Shown: positions 24,501-34,277, counted from the first letter of the stretch. The stretch: 64,000 nt of DNA from Thecamonas trahens ATCC 50062 (GCF_000142905.1 NW_013657679.1:652228-716227); one strand, 5' to 3'. Numbers and translations: made by a program. The notes: generated from the sequence alone by a model not told the origin.

Positions 24501-25264
24501 TCGAGGTAGCCAGGACCGGTCCGGCGTGGGTCTGACATAGGAATGTCAGCAATGGCGGTGCGGTCCTTGAAGACCCGGAGGAGCGGGGCGCGGTCCTGCG
24601 AGCGGATCTTGGCGTTGCGCTTGTCGGTCTTGTGATCCCTCTCGGCAAGAAGCTCGAGCTCGATATCGTCTTCCTCGGGCATGTTGTCAGCATCGGCGCT
24701 GACGTCGCCGGTCTTGCCCTTGCCCTTGACCTTGCCGGCATCGCCGCCCTTGTCGCCCTTGCGCCTGTGGCCGTGGTGGCGGCGGCGTCTCCGCTTTCGC
24801 TTGCGCTTCTCAGAGCCCTGCTCGTCTGCGGCAGCATCCTCGAACATCTGCTCGAGCTTCGACTTCTTGGCGCCGGACGGCGCGGCGTGGGCGTGGTCAT
24901 CGCCGTCGCCCGAGCCACCCTCGTCTGACTGCGGCACCATCATGTCGACCTCGTACATCTCCAGGTCCGGGAAAAAGAGCTTTGTGGCCCGAAGCGGAAT
25001 AGGCGGGCGGCCGCGACCATACTCGGCATACTCTCGCTCGACAACAGTCCAAGAGGCGTCAAACAGAGCAAGGGTATCCGCGACATGAGGCGGGGGAGTA
25101 GGCGCAGGTGCGGCCAGCGGCAGAGGGGTAGGAGCATCAGGAGTAACAAGAGGAACAGCATCCATGCGACACACTTTCCGGTCATCATCGGGTACATCAA
25201 ACAGAGGTGTTGGCGGGTTCGACGGCGTGGCCGCTTCGATGTCGACTCTCACAAGGGCATTCTC
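18560..25264 (-). CDS. DOCK-C (DOCK6/7/8-like, zizimin-related) Rho GEF; large terminal exon, 5' exon(s) probably in the gap
   Basis: IEPFF, DHR1/C2 (PSFMDEFKLELP..HLLFTVFHV), DHR2 (APNLRVTWL, YYRVGFYG, FIYRE, QITSVEPYF, TPIENALEEI, LQGSVRLQVNAGP). CAG acceptor ends at 25265. Confidence 0.93.
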   Translation of the reverse strand, partial: ENALVRVDIEAATPSNPPTPLFDVPDDDRKVCRMDAVPLVTPDAPTPLPLAAPAPTPPPHVADTLALFDASWTVVEREYAEYGRGRPPIPLRATKLFFPDLEMYEVDMMVPQSDEGGSGDGDDHAHAAPSGAKKSKLEQMFEDAAADEQGSEKRKRKRRRRRHHGHRRKGDKGGDAGKVKGKGKTGDVSADADNMPEEDDIELELLAERDHKTDKRNAKIRSQDRAPLLRVFKDRTAIADIPMSDPRRTGPGYLDSAASIVEISFEGLEFELGDIEPFFVSAAVFDLKHNSRLTDYFSTSLNPPHLCTMIYGADIPEFPVTSARRVAFPIMYPHADMWLVVRISKVLQGDYEDAADAYIKHAKKDPGKYHMAAQEFCRRLGAYRQDFAFAAIPLFDKSGKVTVSKRGVPTCQQTCSRLFRLSKLVSETKLLATIHETIKAGNVKKLKAIPGKLKYSVRAAPASGYAPPGRYSPALAPLAPAAIPPDSDTAAAIADAWAAVAEKMPAAMPPPPGVDLDPRPGLPDLWVEGYDYEDDTVYFFNLSTGHIIYGECPPQGALVKYAQPLLPSDDLPSAVADVIRVQQSFVSEAVLPGRAFVNNLHLSLDTLDASKVKVSIKAKLNLGVRVQLKSSDASIGPDDNVLATFYGGALDEPRTAYAQSSVAFQVKNPSFMDEFKLELPLALEPGTHLLFTVFHVNVKLPKKKKNAPPVEEIVGYAVLPLTTAAIYDCPLNIVLAPKASSASDVLGTDLSAPGVACARDAVYHKAGSSALVIGDGLYGLPLVYDLAPGYLTADLSDAAADKGQPMLALRTTLASTVLVQDPALHEFTHVYHTSFDSEPVMKAAVIGLERVACSQTVAHGHLLLHYLLNVALYGRQTSIENGVRKQGVAELAFRALLRTMDILVEASLHTAQGPHSILTNWVNYIFDEDTFLLPPKCSDQADADASVPSRAGRLFSGILDVWLPLLANAKTPASESGAAHAAVLFELVVKSMTLWLDAQTRAAGGTSLGDGPPAPARPARFPHPFRHSVAQVFELLRKHVFVLSSTGLVVAQQLNAALALFARDLFALMNRGFVYVVVQRYVRQFTPATPGFTDSLYRIKLNFLKIVCDYEHAISLSLPGLDTVDYLLSVPTQGPLRMAAPDTLPDEDESGSASASSPLKTSPSDVDLLVPPPPNSEVIADPNALLAAAESSTNDALLARFWTAHPLSSLLLFEIASGLDNVERTIRAQCLALLRDLFFKYELDARVLALRDADDEGVGNGDKGERAGLHAQIAATYFPYVRMLACLPRVRDEWDRAEQREALIGLVWLLKRCSRRLLRSWWDHEAESILLEFFALLSTVLEAFEYQGQVSLREQRIKEAAVAESKANKKLLEDMYSGTGGTRRSSSAAWAASASTSSGLMSAASGWGSMSRTSGRSTIKRTRGRSGTTTRPSSVRRASVARGSDASAGPSAGDGDTSVLGPNTGSLTAGRMSMMRAAAASVDVTPFDVALETTLATEVSLVVLDVMETFVKFFDGRLRKDAGETPLFAGVFSVYLSLLETHQSERLVRALYASLRSFVQRFDSIFFMGDNPYCCDLMRLVMVHCNSVSAVIRGEATALIYLCMKVNFKLPTGYRDFSRMKLQATNALSELAGEELRDDRNVTRALRAIVRYSEEDTSPESRDELDFREQVTELMERFFDILRNSALLNSAKGDVEMKGDLLHRIAQGYMNAPNLRVTWLRKLMKFHKANGQIMEAAMCQTHLAALSAEFLFCTEPEPHLPKGVAAFKAITRNAEEEAAVADVTHSQAEGVTQEATYTREGLVKLLHAAVDELVAAELWEAANEVYKMLIPIYARERNYPSLAALHGHLAELFDKIQQSIEFQNRILSSYYRVGFYGSAFEDLDGAEFIYREEKITRLAEFTARLQEIYETKFAAAGIKVVILRDSSNVDRKSLDPNTAFVQITSVEPYFEAHEATERVTYYERNTNLRSFIFETPFTEGGKAHGATDQQYKRKTILKVEKAFPYLTKRIRVAERTSFVLTPIENALEEIERRVEKIRAELRGDAANLKTLQIVLQGSVRLQVNAGPMEIARVFLGDDAGKFPDEHVTALRAAFAAFITACGEAIALNRELIKDDQYAYHQDLEQGYKETRESLAQYIAPGSDGLPGDADDAHLDDARGIDSSSDVSLSDDDDYSSSSSTEEVVLVETRGGSKTEAKADKPSVPSVPPPKAPAAETSDSSDDDEDSSSSYDSSS

Positions 25265-25301
25265 CTGTATGTGTGTGTGTGGTGGGGGGTGGGGGGGGGG
25301 G

Positions 25302-26202
25302 NNNNNNNNNNNNNNNNNNNNNNNNNNNNNNNNNNNNNNNNNNNNNNNNNNNNNNNNNNNNNNNNNNNNNNNNNNNNNNNNNNNNNNNNNNNNNNNNNNN
25401 NNNNNNNNNNNNNNNNNNNNNNNNNNNNNNNNNNNNNNNNNNNNNNNNNNNNNNNNNNNNNNNNNNNNNNNNNNNNNNNNNNNNNNNNNNNNNNNNNNNN
25501 NNNNNNNNNNNNNNNNNNNNNNNNNNNNNNNNNNNNNNNNNNNNNNNNNNNNNNNNNNNNNNNNNNNNNNNNNNNNNNNNNNNNNNNNNNNNNNNNNNNN
25601 NNNNNNNNNNNNNNNNNNNNNNNNNNNNNNNNNNNNNNNNNNNNNNNNNNNNNNNNNNNNNNNNNNNNNNNNNNNNNNNNNNNNNNNNNNNNNNNNNNNN
25701 NNNNNNNNNNNNNNNNNNNNNNNNNNNNNNNNNNNNNNNNNNNNNNNNNNNNNNNNNNNNNNNNNNNNNNNNNNNNNNNNNNNNNNNNNNNNNNNNNNNN
25801 NNNNNNNNNNNNNNNNNNNNNNNNNNNNNNNNNNNNNNNNNNNNNNNNNNNNNNNNNNNNNNNNNNNNNNNNNNNNNNNNNNNNNNNNNNNNNNNNNNNN
25901 NNNNNNNNNNNNNNNNNNNNNNNNNNNNNNNNNNNNNNNNNNNNNNNNNNNNNNNNNNNNNNNNNNNNNNNNNNNNNNNNNNNNNNNNNNNNNNNNNNNN
26001 NNNNNNNNNNNNNNNNNNNNNNNNNNNNNNNNNNNNNNNNNNNNNNNNNNNNNNNNNNNNNNNNNNNNNNNNNNNNNNNNNNNNNNNNNNNNNNNNNNNN
26101 NNNNNNNNNNNNNNNNNNNNNNNNNNNNNNNNNNNNNNNNNNNNNNNNNNNNNNNNNNNNNNNNNNNNNNNNNNNNNNNNNNNNNNNNNNNNNNNNNNNN
26201 NN
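25302..26202. other. assembly gap flanked by poly-G
   Basis: Run of N with G runs on both sides. Confidence 1.
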
Positions 26203-26755
26203 GGGGGGGGGGTTGGGGGCGTCTGCGAGTAGATCGAGATCGAGTACTTTGTCCTCGACTTTATGTAGATGTAGCGGTACATGCTGTAGTTGGAGATCAA
26301 GCAGGAGAACTCGGAGCTCCAGAAGTGCGAGGTCAAAGTTGAGTCGCTGGTCTCCGACTCGCGCACTCGCGCGCACTGCACCCCGTCCTCGCCCTCACAC
26401 ATAAACACACAAACACACAAACATACACTCGGACATGGGTCGTCGGGGTCGTCAACGACAAGCTCCGCACCGTCCGCGCCCGCCGCTCCTCCGGATCGGT
26501 GCCGTACGGCACCTCGCGCGCCTCGCCCCGTGCTCCCAGGTCGGGCATCCTTCAGGTGGGCGTCTACGTGTCGGCCGCCATCACGTGCGGGCGCGCCTCC
26601 CACCTCAAGCCGCAGGCCAATCAGGCGTCGCGCAGCGTCGGCCGGTGACCTGGAAGGCAAGCATCATCGACAATGCGTCCGACTTATCGTACCGTTAAGG
26701 GCAAAGCAGGTGATGCTCTATTTTCCGACCAGGTGATGCTACAGTTCGATGCCCC

Positions 26756-26814
26756 TCACTCAGTCGTCGTCGACAGGTACGAGTCCGAGCTCCATCCAGA
26801 GCTCGACGTCGAGT

Positions 26815-26852
<38 letters not shown>

Positions 26853-28009
26853 GAGGTCGAGCCCGAGTCTGAGCTTGAGCTTTGGCCCATTCCGCCAAGG
26901 AACGGGTGTTGTAGCGCCGTGTACGAAGTAAGCCGGTCCCGCGCCGGATACTGGAGCAGCGAGTGGACAAAGTCGATGCCGTCGTCGGTGGGGTGGGCAT
27001 TGGCAGCAGCGGCGGCGTGGGCGGCAAAATCGACGCGCTGCCGGTTGTGGGCGCCGTGTCGCTGCAGGCTCTCCACGCCCCACGCATCGTTGTCGGGCAC
27101 ACCGAGCTCGTCCAGCCAGGCCTGGTAGTCGTCGAGGCCGAGGACCTCGGTGATCCTCGCCATGAGGAGGGCATACCGCTCGAGCCTGTCGACCGAGCCG
27201 CGCGGCGCGACAAAGGCGTCGGAGAACAGGCCCGAGCCAAGAACTAACCGTGCGGCCATGACGCCGACAGCCCACATGTCGACGGCGTAGTCGTAGATCG
27301 GGACGTGAAGGATAAGCTCAGGCGCTTTGTAAGTGGGAGTGCCCGAGAACGTGGTCTGTGCCTTGCCGTGCCGATACACCGTAGCATAGCCAAAGTCGAT
27401 GAGCCGAAGGAGCCGGCGCTGGCGATTGACTAGCACGTTGCCTGGCTTGACATCCATGTGTACAATCTGCCGTGCGTGGCAGGCATCCAGCGCCTCCACC
27501 AGCATCCGCAGATACATCGCGGCCTCGTCCGCGTTCTCCACCCGCTTGAGCGGCTCCATCACCCCGGTGTACTCGAGCACGAGGGTGTTTGTGGCGTGAT
27601 GCGGAATGGCGTCGCGGAGACGCACAATGTGCGGCGCACTTGCCAGTCGCCGCAGCATCCGGATCTCGTTGCGGAAGGCAGCATCGAGGCGGGCCCGGCC
27701 ATCGCCGCGGGTCACCAGCAGATCCATGACCTTGATGATGACCTTGGACTCGGCATTGTTCCACGCACAGTAGACTTTGGCTGTGTGACCACGCGCGAGC
27801 AGCTTGACATGCTTCCAGCTCTCTTCCTCTCGCGACTCGCCCAAGCTCGACACGCTTGCCTCCCACCAGACCTCGTCCGACTCGTCCAACAGTTGGGCTA
27901 GGTGGTACCGATTCTGTCCGAGCATCTCGAGCGCAGCCGACTTTTTGACATTGCCAAGGACTGGTACATGCCCCGCCTTGCGCCTGCAGCAGCACAAGCT
28001 GCAGAACAT
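26756..28009 (-). CDS. Ser/Thr protein kinase, divergent CK2-alpha-like (CMGC)
   Basis: IVHMDVKPGNVLVNRQRRLLRLIDFG, YKAPELILHVPIYDYAVDMW, RLTSYTALQHPF. Cys-rich N-terminus and (GS)n tail. Confidence 0.85.
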
Positions 28010-28150
28010 GGCGGAAGGGTGTAGGCGCGAGTGAGACAGGTGAAGTGAGGCCTAAACGGAGGGCGAGTCGCGGACGACAGGTGCTCCATTTTCGGCCAAC
28101 AAGCAGCAGACATGGCTTTCACTTGGCGACGCTACCCGAGTCATTTGGTG

Positions 28151-29278
28151 CTAGTTGCCTTCAGATGTGGGATGGGGGCGGGGGGTGGTGATCGAGCTAC
28201 GCATGGCGACTCGATCAGGATGGTCCGGCGGAAGATCGACGGTCGATGGATACTCGCCAGGTACGTCGAGCTCCGAGTCGACGCCGGTGGTGGCGATGAT
28301 TTCGGAGAGACGGTGGTTGAAGAGCGCGTGCTGGGCCTCATCAGCGCGGACGTAGAGGACAACGTCGCGGAGAGTAGCGTCATCGGGAAGGTTCCAGTAC
28401 TTTTTGGCAAAGTCTGGGGCCGGGCCGTCGGCCTGCGCGCCCGAGTCGATCGACTCGAGCAAAAGGGTGTAGGCCGAGATGGCCTCCTCCTCGAGATAGC
28501 CGACGAACCGATGGGCCATTCGCGGGGAAGTGGCGTACATAAGAGCGTAGGCGGTGACGTACACAGCTTGCGCCGCGACGACAAGGAACCGCTCGAGGCG
28601 GGTCGGCTCGATGACCGCCATCCAGGTCATCAAGTGCGCGGCCTCGTTCTCGGCCTCCTCCCAGAGGTGCGGGACCCAACCCTTGTCGGGGGTCATCGTC
28701 CGCAGCGAGCGCATGTGGCGGAAGGCGCCTGCGACCATGCCGGGGCACGCCGCCACCGTCTCGAGTACACACGCGTGCGAAAGGTACCGATCACGGAAGA
28801 ACATGTGGGTGAGCGGGCGGAGCATGCTCACCAGAGAAAAGGCGATCTTGTCAGTCACGTTCTGTGGCTTGTAGTGGTTGACCGGCTTGATGGACTCAAG
28901 CTCCTCCCGCGACGGCCGGATCGGGTACTTGTCCGAGTGATCGTTGAGCGCGTGATGCCGCTTGTACGCCTTGGCGATGAGCTCTTCCGTCTCACGCGCA
29001 ATCCAATCGTGGTTCCATTTGGGAACCCTGTAGCGGATGTAGTAATCACTCTCCTCAAAGATGGGCTTGCCCTCCGAGTCTCGTGCAAAGTCGTCGCCGT
29101 TGTTGTCGTTGTCGCTCTCATCGCGGGCTGCACCACCACCCGCCGACCCTGCGCCGCTACTCATGGCACGCCGCCAGATCACGGCGCTCATGCCCGCGGC
29201 TGACTTGGGTGTCAGTCCAGCCAGGCGTGGTCCGATGCGAGTGACGGCCAACGGTAGGAAGACTGCTGTGCGGAACAT
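28151..29278 (-). CDS. AOX: mitochondrial alternative oxidase
   Basis: LETVAACPGMV, EEAENEAAHL, HRFVGYLEEEA, RADEAQH di-iron motifs. Presequence-like N-terminus. Confidence 0.95.
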   Translation of the reverse strand: MFRTAVFLPLAVTRIGPRLAGLTPKSAAGMSAVIWRRAMSSGAGSAGGGAARDESDNDNNGDDFARDSEGKPIFEESDYYIRYRVPKWNHDWIARETEELIAKAYKRHHALNDHSDKYPIRPSREELESIKPVNHYKPQNVTDKIAFSLVSMLRPLTHMFFRDRYLSHACVLETVAACPGMVAGAFRHMRSLRTMTPDKGWVPHLWEEAENEAAHLMTWMAVIEPTRLERFLVVAAQAVYVTAYALMYATSPRMAHRFVGYLEEEAISAYTLLLESIDSGAQADGPAPDFAKKYWNLPDDATLRDVVLYVRADEAQHALFNHRLSEIIATTGVDSELDVPGEYPSTVDLPPDHPDRVAMRSSITTPRPHPTSEGN

Positions 29279-29503
29279 GTGTCGAGCTTGCTGGGGATAT
29301 GTTCTGTGTCAAGTGTGCGTGTGAACGCAGCTTTGCTGCCAGTTGTGCAACATTTTGAGTGTTTCGCCCATGACGCGCAGGTGAGCGGCGAAACTGTGCC
29401 GACGCGACAAGGCGCGCGAGTTGGGTAATTGTGGGTCGGTGGGCTAACAGGGACAGAGTTGCAGCTAGTATGAATGCTGGTGCAGCGGGTTTGTGCAATG
29501 CTG

Positions 29504-30795
29504 CTACAATTCGGGGATGTCGTCGGCGGCGGCCTCAAGCTGCGAGCGACGATTGCCTCGCTTGATGGTGTCCCACTTCTGCTTCTCGCGCTCCTTCTGC
29601 TGGGCCTTGGCAGTCCGCTCGACGCGCTCGGCCTCGGCGTCGAGGTCATCGAGGGCGGCTTCGATGAGCTCGACGAGGAGCTCGCCCTGGTAAGTGAAAA
29701 ACACGTGGGTTTTGTCTTCGTAGGTGCCGTCTTCGCCTGGCTCCGACTCGGTGAGGACGCACGAGAACGACTCCTGGGTAAACTCCCAGTCCTTGACTTG
29801 CGACCAGTGGTAGAAGTACAGGTACTTCATCTTGAGCAGGTCGACCATGAACAGGCCGTCGGCGTTGACACCGAGGACGACGCCGGACTCGAACGGGTGC
29901 TCAAACATGGACTCGCGGTCGTAGTTGTAGACGGCCTCGAACATGGTGGCGTTGTGGGTCTTGAACTGGCGCACCCGCTGGAGGTAAAGAAGCTGGCAGA
30001 TGAGCTTGTCCTTGCCGGCGAGCTCGGCGTGCTTGGGCTGAACAAGCTTGAACCACTCTTTGTCCTTCTTCTTCTTGGCCAACCGCGGGGCTATGAGCTT
30101 CTTCATCGGCACAAAGTTGACCTTGTGCAGCTTGGGGTTGTAGTCGCCAAACTTGATCTGCATGTACAGGGCGGCGAGCTCGACGGCATCGTCGGCCTTG
30201 GCCTCGGGGTAGTACGCGTTGAGCATCCACTGATGCGCCTGCTTCCACAGCGTGTCGACAACCGCCGGGTGCCAAGGGTTGCCCGGCGACGGGAACTTGC
30301 GCTCGTACGGCTTGGCGAGGAGGGCGGTAGTGCGGAAGAAGATCTTGCACGGCGGCTCCTTGATCTTGCCCTTCTTCCGCTTGGCCTGCTTGGCGCGGTA
30401 CCACGGCTCATCAAGCACGTTCGAGTACTGCCGCATCAGGTTCTTCCACCCCGACATGAACTCAAACGGCCGATCCTCGTCTGAGAGCTCGAGCTCGACG
30501 TCGTCGCCGCAGACCCAGATGGAGAAGCACTCGGGCCCGCGAAACTCGGGCCCCATCTCTGCCTCATCAGCCGGTCGCATTCCGATCTTGATAGCAAACA
30601 AGTCCCGCAGCTGCCCCGCCGTGATGTCCTCTGTCACCTGCAAGTTCTCATACTCACCGTCCACAAAGTGGACTTTGACCGTCACCGCGTTGGACGCCGC
30701 CTGAGCAAGGAGCCGAGAGAGGTGAGTGGGCGAGTGGAGAGTGGAGAGGGAGGGGAGGGGAGGGGAGGGGAGGGAGGGGGTTCTTGGCGTACCAT
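29504..30795 (-). CDS. FERM-domain protein; join(29504..30700,30793..30795)
   Basis: VKVHFVDG, LWKQAHQWMLNAYYP, AVELAALYMQIKFGDY, LYLQRVRQF, VVLGVNADGL. Intron 30701..30792 has GTACGC...CTCAC...CAG directly after the ATG. Confidence 0.88.
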
Positions 30796-31085
30796 AGTTG
30801 AGGAGTGGTGGTGTGGTAGAGTGGTGGTGTGGTGGTGTGGCCGTTGGCTGTGGCTGTCCGTGGGTATGGCAGGTGTGAATGGTGGTTGTGGTGGTTGTGG
30901 TTTCGAGAGAATGTCGGTGTCCGAATTCGGCAACGAACGATTGGGCAAAAGTGCCATGGATGGACGGATGGAGGGACCAAACGGGAGAACGAATGAACAA
31001 TGATGAACAATGAATGACCGAACGACCATCCATGGCAGCCATCATGTCCAGTCATGTCCAAGCAGAGTGCGACTCACGCAGGCTT

Positions 31086-31086
<1 letters not shown>

Positions 31087-31118
<32 letters not shown>
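31087..31118. repeat. poly-C (32 nt) in a divergent intergenic region
   Basis: Counted directly. Confidence 0.95.
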
Positions 31119-31119
<1 letters not shown>

Positions 31120-31199
31120 CGCGCCTTGCACGTCAACAACTGATACAGCACTTGTCTCGCATTACCGCACACACCCACACACAGACCTCCGGTCAGGTC

Positions 31200-33140
31200 A
31201 TGTGTATTCTGTTTGCACTGATCGAGGCCACAGGCTCGTTTGAGTCTGTGGTCGTCCATCTCCGTGACGAAGACCCGGACAGACCCACTTTGCCGCCGCA
31301 GTTGGGCCAGCCGGCGTATGCTGCGATGCCGGAGCGGAACGAAGCTGGCAGGTCGAGCAATGAGCCAGAACCGAGCGAAAGCACCGTTTTTCCTCCCAAC
31401 ATCGTGGCTGGACTTGATGTGCAAGCGGGCGGGACGTGGATGGGCTTCAATCGGGCGACAGGCACGCTGGTAGCGCTGACCAACGTCCGCAACAAACACT
31501 TTCCGCCGCCGCCGGCAGACGTCCGCGCCTCGCGCGGCGACATTGTTCGCCGGTTGCTTGATGTGCCTCTGCTCGAGTATGTGCGCTCCGCTGGCATCGA
31601 TCCGGCGGCCCATCCAGACTGGGCGACGGCAGATCCGCGGGTCGAGCTCGATCTCGGCGCCGCGTACTCGGGCTTCAACATCTTGCTCCTCGACGCGTAC
31701 AACCCGGACTCTGGTGCATTCACACTCTCCAACTGCTCGCGATCACGGTTGCAGCCGTTTGATGGTCAGCGCGCGCTGCTCTGCAAGGTCGGAGGCAAGC
31801 ATGTGGCGTTCTCCAACGGCGTTCTCGGCGACTCGTGGCTCAAGGTCGAGTGGCTGGCGAGCCACCTCGCGCCCGCCATTCGCGCTCTGCCGCGCGAGGC
31901 CTCGATCGACGATCTGCTAGCCGCTGTCGAGCCACTGCTTCTCACCGAGACTAAGTTCACGCCCGCCGAGCTCGACGCCGCCGAGGGTGATGTCGCCGAC
32001 TCGCCGTGGGCGTCAAGTCAAGAGTACTTTCTGCGCGGCAACGTCTTTGCCGCGCCCGGCCGGATTCTGGACCAGAATACGGTGACGCGTGCGCTCAGCA
32101 TCGTGGTGACTACCCAACACACCGTCTCGTACGCATACACGAGTACCCATCCGCTGCCCGACCCGCGGCCGGAGCGACTCGAGTGGACGGTCGCACAGTA
32201 TCCCCGCCACAGGCATGTATCCGGCCGGCCGCAGCTCGCGATCGGGCCCTCGCTTGCCGACGCAACCGTAGCAGCATTTGGAGCGTGCTTTGTCACTTTG
32301 CTCGGTGCGCAGCTCCCGAGTGCCGACGCCGAGCAAGTGGCATCGCTCATCGAGGGTGTGGCGACCTGCACCGTTCCGGTGGAGCTCGTCCACGACGTCG
32401 ACACCGGTAGGACTACAATTGTGCGCGAGGGTGGGGCCGGCGAGGCGGAGGCGCTTGGTCCGCTCCCGCTCGGCCACTACAGCCAGCCGCTCTTCTCGCA
32501 TGGCCACACTGCAGATGCGTGTCTGCTCGACACGGTTGGGTTTGTCTTGGATGTCGCACCGGTCGCGCTGTGCGCCGCGGTGCTAGTCTTTGACGCGGCG
32601 GGCGCAGTCCTCGCAACTCGCCGCCACACCGGCCCAATCTTCCCGCTCAAGTGGGTGTTCCCCGGTGGACGCGTCGATGCGGGTGAGTCTCTGCCTTGCG
32701 CTGCTGTCCGCGAGCTTTACGAAGAGACCGGGCTGCAGATTGCGCCAGAGATGCTGACCCCGATCGGAGTCTGGGAGTCCCACCTGGCCACCATCGAGCG
32801 CGCATATGCTATCGTGTACTTTGCGGCAACGCTGCCCGACTCACCGCCGATAGAGTCGCTCACCTTTCCAGCAGCCGAGGTCTCGCTCGCCGCCTGGATT
32901 CCGGCGACGTGGCATGAGACCATCATCGCCGACGACGACACACTCGCGCCAGGGGCCTCGCAAGCAGCGCGCGCGCTCGAAACGGTGGGCCTGGTGATTG
33001 GCGCCGATGGAAGCCGAGCAGCCCAGGTCTCGTGCGAGCAGCTCCGGGTGCTCCGGCACGGCGATAGCGGCATACTCGAGGAGCTTGCGGTCGGGCACAA
33101 GTTTGCGCTCGCGCTGGTCATGGCGCAGCGAGCGAGGTGA
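31200..33140 (+). CDS. TANGO2/NRDE (DUF833) domain fused to a C-terminal Nudix hydrolase (NUDT17-like)
   Basis: MCILF start, LRDE..RPT, DVQAGGTWMG, ALTNVR, SRGDIV, YSGFNILL, SNG..WLKV. Then the Nudix box WVFPGGRVDAGESLPCAAVRELYEETGL in the same frame. Confidence 0.85.
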   Translation: MCILFALIEATGSFESVVVHLRDEDPDRPTLPPQLGQPAYAAMPERNEAGRSSNEPEPSESTVFPPNIVAGLDVQAGGTWMGFNRATGTLVALTNVRNKHFPPPPADVRASRGDIVRRLLDVPLLEYVRSAGIDPAAHPDWATADPRVELDLGAAYSGFNILLLDAYNPDSGAFTLSNCSRSRLQPFDGQRALLCKVGGKHVAFSNGVLGDSWLKVEWLASHLAPAIRALPREASIDDLLAAVEPLLLTETKFTPAELDAAEGDVADSPWASSQEYFLRGNVFAAPGRILDQNTVTRALSIVVTTQHTVSYAYTSTHPLPDPRPERLEWTVAQYPRHRHVSGRPQLAIGPSLADATVAAFGACFVTLLGAQLPSADAEQVASLIEGVATCTVPVELVHDVDTGRTTIVREGGAGEAEALGPLPLGHYSQPLFSHGHTADACLLDTVGFVLDVAPVALCAAVLVFDAAGAVLATRRHTGPIFPLKWVFPGGRVDAGESLPCAAVRELYEETGLQIAPEMLTPIGVWESHLATIERAYAIVYFAATLPDSPPIESLTFPAAEVSLAAWIPATWHETIIADDDTLAPGASQAARALETVGLVIGADGSRAAQVSCEQLRVLRHGDSGILEELAVGHKFALALVMAQRAR

Positions 33141-33199
33141 GGTTCTGTGGGCGGATTAACACGCTGTGGTTCATTACGGAGCGGAGCGCGAGAGCACGA

Positions 33200-34277
33200 C
33201 TACTTGGCAAAGAGCGAGGAGAGCTGCTGCTCGATGGCGTTGATGGCGGCGCGCTGGTCAGGCGAGAGGGCAGCAAACTGCTGCGGAGTCATGGAGAGGA
33301 CCTCTGTGAGGATGGCAGTGTTCTCCTCACCGAGGGTGGCGAGAATGAGCTGCGGGTTGATGTTGGAGAGCATGTGCAGGAGGCCGGCAGTGCTGAACGC
33401 GCCCGGCTGGCCCTGCGGCGGCGGGCCCGGCGGCGGGGCGCCACCTGGCGGGGGATGCATACCCTGGGTGTGCGGCGGCGGCGGGGCGCCAGCCATGGGT
33501 ACAGCCATCTGGCCAGGCGCGCCCGGCTGGCCGGCCTGCGGCTGCGGCGGGCGCGGTGCAGCCTCCTTAGCCACAAAGGCGTCGACGTCCAGGTTAGGAA
33601 TCAAATCCTCCAGGGTGAGCATCTGCACAAAGGCCCACGACAGCGTGGGGTTCTCTCGCAGAACGGCCTGAGCGTCGTCTGGATGGATGTCAACAAACGA
33701 GCGCATCTTGGCCACAAACTCACGCCGCTGCGCCGAGGTCATCGACTCGACAACAGCAAGAACCTGCTCCAGCGACGCCTTCTCCATCATCATCTCGGGC
33801 CCACGCCGCGGACCCCCCAGGACTGCTCCTTGATTGGACCCAGTCATCGGTCCAGGCCCACCGCCCGTGCCCCCGCCGCTCGGCGCAGACTTGCGAGTGT
33901 CTTTCTCAGCGTAGTCCAGCCGCAGGGCCCTGCCGCCGACCTCCACTCCCTTCAAGTTCCTCAGGGCCGACTCGACTGTAGCACGATCATAAAACTCGCA
34001 GAAGCCATACCCCTTTGCCTTACCCGTCTCCCTACGCCATAGAACTTCCCATGTGAGTCATTCATCCCCGTACCCCAAGTCTCCAACGCGCCCGCGCTCT
34101 GCACCAAAAACTGGCATCTCGCCTCACTCCCCGCCAGCCAGCCACAACGTACTTGTCCATCTGAATACGAACCGACTTGACCGGGCCTGCGTTGGACATG
34201 ACCCTCCGAATGTCCTCTTCAGTAGTGTCAAAGGGGATGTTGCCCACAAAGACCGTAAACTCGGCACGGCGTGACAT
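33200..34277 (-). CDS. CSTF2: cleavage stimulation factor 64 kDa subunit; join(33200..34031,34153..34277)
   Basis: RRM (VFVGNIPF..DK|ETGKAKGYGFCEFYD..ALRNL), hinge domain, C-terminal EVLSMTPQQFAALSPDQRAAI. Intron 34032..34152 GTACGT...TAG. Confidence 0.93.

Noticed and set aside
26498-26513. 16-bp perfect palindrome GGTGCCGTACGGCACC and a nearby 11-bp direct repeat CAGGTGATGCT
   Set aside because: A few such matches are expected by chance in 64 kb of GC-rich DNA, and there is no supporting context.
3588-26660. Long ORFs containing X runs
   Set aside because: Artefacts of reading through assembly gaps.
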